From a virus: a stretch of DNA of 64,000 nucleotides. The position numbers and the translations under genes were made by a program. This document shows, in pieces, positions 61,976 to 64,000 of the stretch. The stretch lies in the IMG/VR virus record IMGVR_UViG_3300037478_000449, positions 36,219 to 100,218 of that record, one strand, 5' to 3'. The notes beneath the pieces are model-generated. The model made no database searches, was not told the origin of the DNA, and was given only the letters and a program-made list of their open reading frames with translations. How positions within the stretch are numbered: the first letter of the stretch is position 1; every line of letters starts with the position of its first letter.

Positions 61976-64000
61976 CGCACGGTCACCCCCGATGTGGTTG
62001 ACCGGGCAGACCAGCCGCCGGTGGTGGAGCGGACGGTGACCCGGCCGCGGGCTGCCTGACCAGTCAGCTCCGCCCGGCCGGCGGTGTGGCCATGGGTTGT
62101 GCCGGCGGCGGTGAGCTGGTGCAGTTGCGTCAGGGCGGCCTGGTCAGCGGCGTGGGCGTGGAACGCTGCCGCCACGGTGACCGTGTGCACCTGCACCAGA
62201 GCCGGCTGGCCGGCGGTGTGCCCGTGTGCCGCGTCGGCCGGGAGCAGTGTGGTGCCACCGGCCAGCGTCGGGGAGTCTGCCGTCTGGCCGTGGCCAGCGC
62301 CTGCAGCGGCCAGCTCGTGGACCTGGGTCAGGTCGGGCGGGTCGGCCACCTGCCCGTGGGTGGTGCCGTCGGCGGCCACCTCGTGGGTCTGGGTAAGCGC
62401 AGGCCCTGCCGCGGTGTGCCCGTGGGTGGTGCCGTCCGCGGCGAGGGTCTGACCGGAGGCCAGCGCCACCTGGTCGGCGGTCTGCCCGTGCACGGCACTG
62501 TCCGGTGCCAGCTCATGCACCTGCGCCAAGACCGGGGAACCGGCGGTGTGGCCGTGCGCCGAACCGGCCGGGACGAGCTGGTGGTCCTGGTTCAGGGCCG
62601 CAGGATCAGCGGTGTGCCCGTGGCTAGCGTTGTCGGTGAGCAGGTCCCCGGCGCCGGTCAGGGCCACCTGGCCGGCGATGTGCCCGTGGGTGGTGTCGCC
62701 GCTGGCCAACTGGTGGACCTGGGTCAACGCGGCCGCGTCGACGCCCTGCCCGTGGGCGCCGCTGTCCGGGGTGAGGGCATGGGCCTGGTCCACCGTGGGC
62801 TGGTCGGCAGTGTGCCCGTGGGATGCGCTGGCCGGGGTGAGCTGGTGCACCTGAGCCAGGCTCGGCTGGTCCGCGGTGTGGCCGTGGCCAGCGTCGGCCG
62901 GGACCAACTCGTGTGTCTGGGTGATAGCCGGCTGGTCTGCCGTGTGGCCGTGTGAGCTGCCGGCCGGGGTGACCGCGGTCGCCGCTTCGCCGAACGTGAA
63001 CCCGGGGATCGGGTCGTCGGTGACCACCGTCGACCCGGACAGGGCGGTCTGGTCCGCGCCGTTGCCGGTCTGGTCGTCGACCGCCGTGGTGGTGGCGGCC
63101 TGGTCGAAGCGCCACAGCGCGACCGGCGCCGATGACTGCCAGTCGGCGTAGTCCGAGGTCAGCGCCTCCAGCGCCCCGTCGGACAGGACACTGCCCCAGG
63201 CGGCCATCACACCGTACCGGCCGCGGAAGACCCAGCCGTCCTCCTCCATGAACCGGGTCTGCGCCCGGTCGCATGTCTGGTCGTCGTTGTCGACCGTGCC
63301 AGCGGAGTCGACATGCGTCCACGTGTCGGCGCCTACAGCTAGCACACCCTTGTGGTAGCGGACCGCCGCTGTGCCGGCGGCCTTGGTCCAGGCGACCAGC
63401 ACCCAACCGTCGGCGGCGGTCCACGCCGGACCAGCACCCGGCGACTGGAACTGGCCGCGGAGGTAGTCCATCTGGTCGGCGTCGGTGTACCGGAAAAACC
63501 CGCGGCTGCCGTCCAGGCCGGCGGCGAGGTCCAGCACCGCGCCCTGGTCGGCTGGGGTGCCGATCCGCCGGCAGATCGCGGCGACCGTGAACGCGCCCTG
63601 TAGCAGGGTGGCCAGTCCGCCGGTGCCGATCGCCCAGGTCACGAACTCGGCGGAGGTGAACTCGCGGACCAGGCCGGTGCCCTGCTCGACCACTACCGCC
63701 TGGTCTGCGGTGTGGCCGTGCGCGGCCCCGGCGGCAGTGATCTCGTGCGCCTGCGTCAGGGCAGGCTCGGCGGCGGTATGCGCATGGGCGGCGGCAGTGG
63801 GGGCCAGCTCATGCGTCTGGGCCAGCTCGGGGGAGCCGGCCGCATGCCCGTGGCTGGTGCTGTCGGGGGTCAGTGTGTGGACGGTGCTGATCGCAGGCTG
63901 GCCGGCGGTGTGGCCGTGCGCCGCGTCGGCTGGGGCCAGCGTATGGACCTGCGTCAGCGCCGGCGGATCAGCGGTGTGGCCGTGGTCAGCGTCGGCGGGG
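61972..64000 (-). CDS. Virion protein with 22-aa His-rich repeats and LamG-like domain (5' end beyond window)
   Basis: Frame stays open to the window end; repeats LxPxxxxHGHTADQPxLxQxHx flank a domain with WVLVAWTK and PVALWRFD. Confidence 0.75.
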   Translation of the reverse strand, partial: PADADHGHTADPPALTQVHTLAPADAAHGHTAGQPAISTVHTLTPDSTSHGHAAGSPELAQTHELAPTAAAHAHTAAEPALTQAHEITAAGAAHGHTADQAVVVEQGTGLVREFTSAEFVTWAIGTGGLATLLQGAFTVAAICRRIGTPADQGAVLDLAAGLDGSRGFFRYTDADQMDYLRGQFQSPGAGPAWTAADGWVLVAWTKAAGTAAVRYHKGVLAVGADTWTHVDSAGTVDNDDQTCDRAQTRFMEEDGWVFRGRYGVMAAWGSVLSDGALEALTSDYADWQSSAPVALWRFDQAATTTAVDDQTGNGADQTALSGSTVVTDDPIPGFTFGEAATAVTPAGSSHGHTADQPAITQTHELVPADAGHGHTADQPSLAQVHQLTPASASHGHTADQPTVDQAHALTPDSGAHGQGVDAAALTQVHQLASGDTTHGHIAGQVALTGAGDLLTDNASHGHTADPAALNQDHQLVPAGSAHGHTAGSPVLAQVHELAPDSAVHGQTADQVALASGQTLAADGTTHGHTAAGPALTQTHEVAADGTTHGQVADPPDLTQVHELAAAGAGHGQTADSPTLAGGTTLLPADAAHGHTAGQPALVQVHTVTVAAAFHAHAADQAALTQLHQLTAAGTTHGHTAGRAELTGQAARGRVTVRSTTGGWSARSTTSGVTVR

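Overview
High-GC actinobacterial temperate siphovirus, probably infecting a filamentous actinomycete. The large serine integrase sits mid-window with phage genes on both sides, so this looks like the free or excised form. From left to right: (1) a leftward early/accessory arm (1-24.6 kb) with Bet/RecT plus a Cas4-like exonuclease, HNH nucleases, a DpdA-like/VUT 7-deazaguanine cassette, a truncated PglX-like protein, a helicase-methyltransferase fusion, a BldC-like regulator and an LPXTG protein; (2) a cro/repressor switch and serine integrase (24.3-26.7 kb); (3) about 38 tRNA genes covering all 20 amino acids (29.3-33.3 kb); (4) small promoter-bearing accessory modules and an Spd/FtsK(TraB)-like pair (35-47 kb); (5) lysis, tail and head-tail genes (47-64 kb). 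The main finding is at 16.25-18.08 kb (minus strand). A stand-alone RAMP/Cas7-like gene is followed by five non-coding tracts of strictly phased (GGY-NN)n pentamers with variable NN. Three mini-tRNA-like elements (12-bp acceptor+T helix, TTCGA loop) separate the first four tracts, and a ParB-like gene lies before the fifth. This is a candidate phage RNA-guided system with a non-contiguous guide code and is not a CRISPR array. All calls are from reading the sequence by eye; no searches were run.
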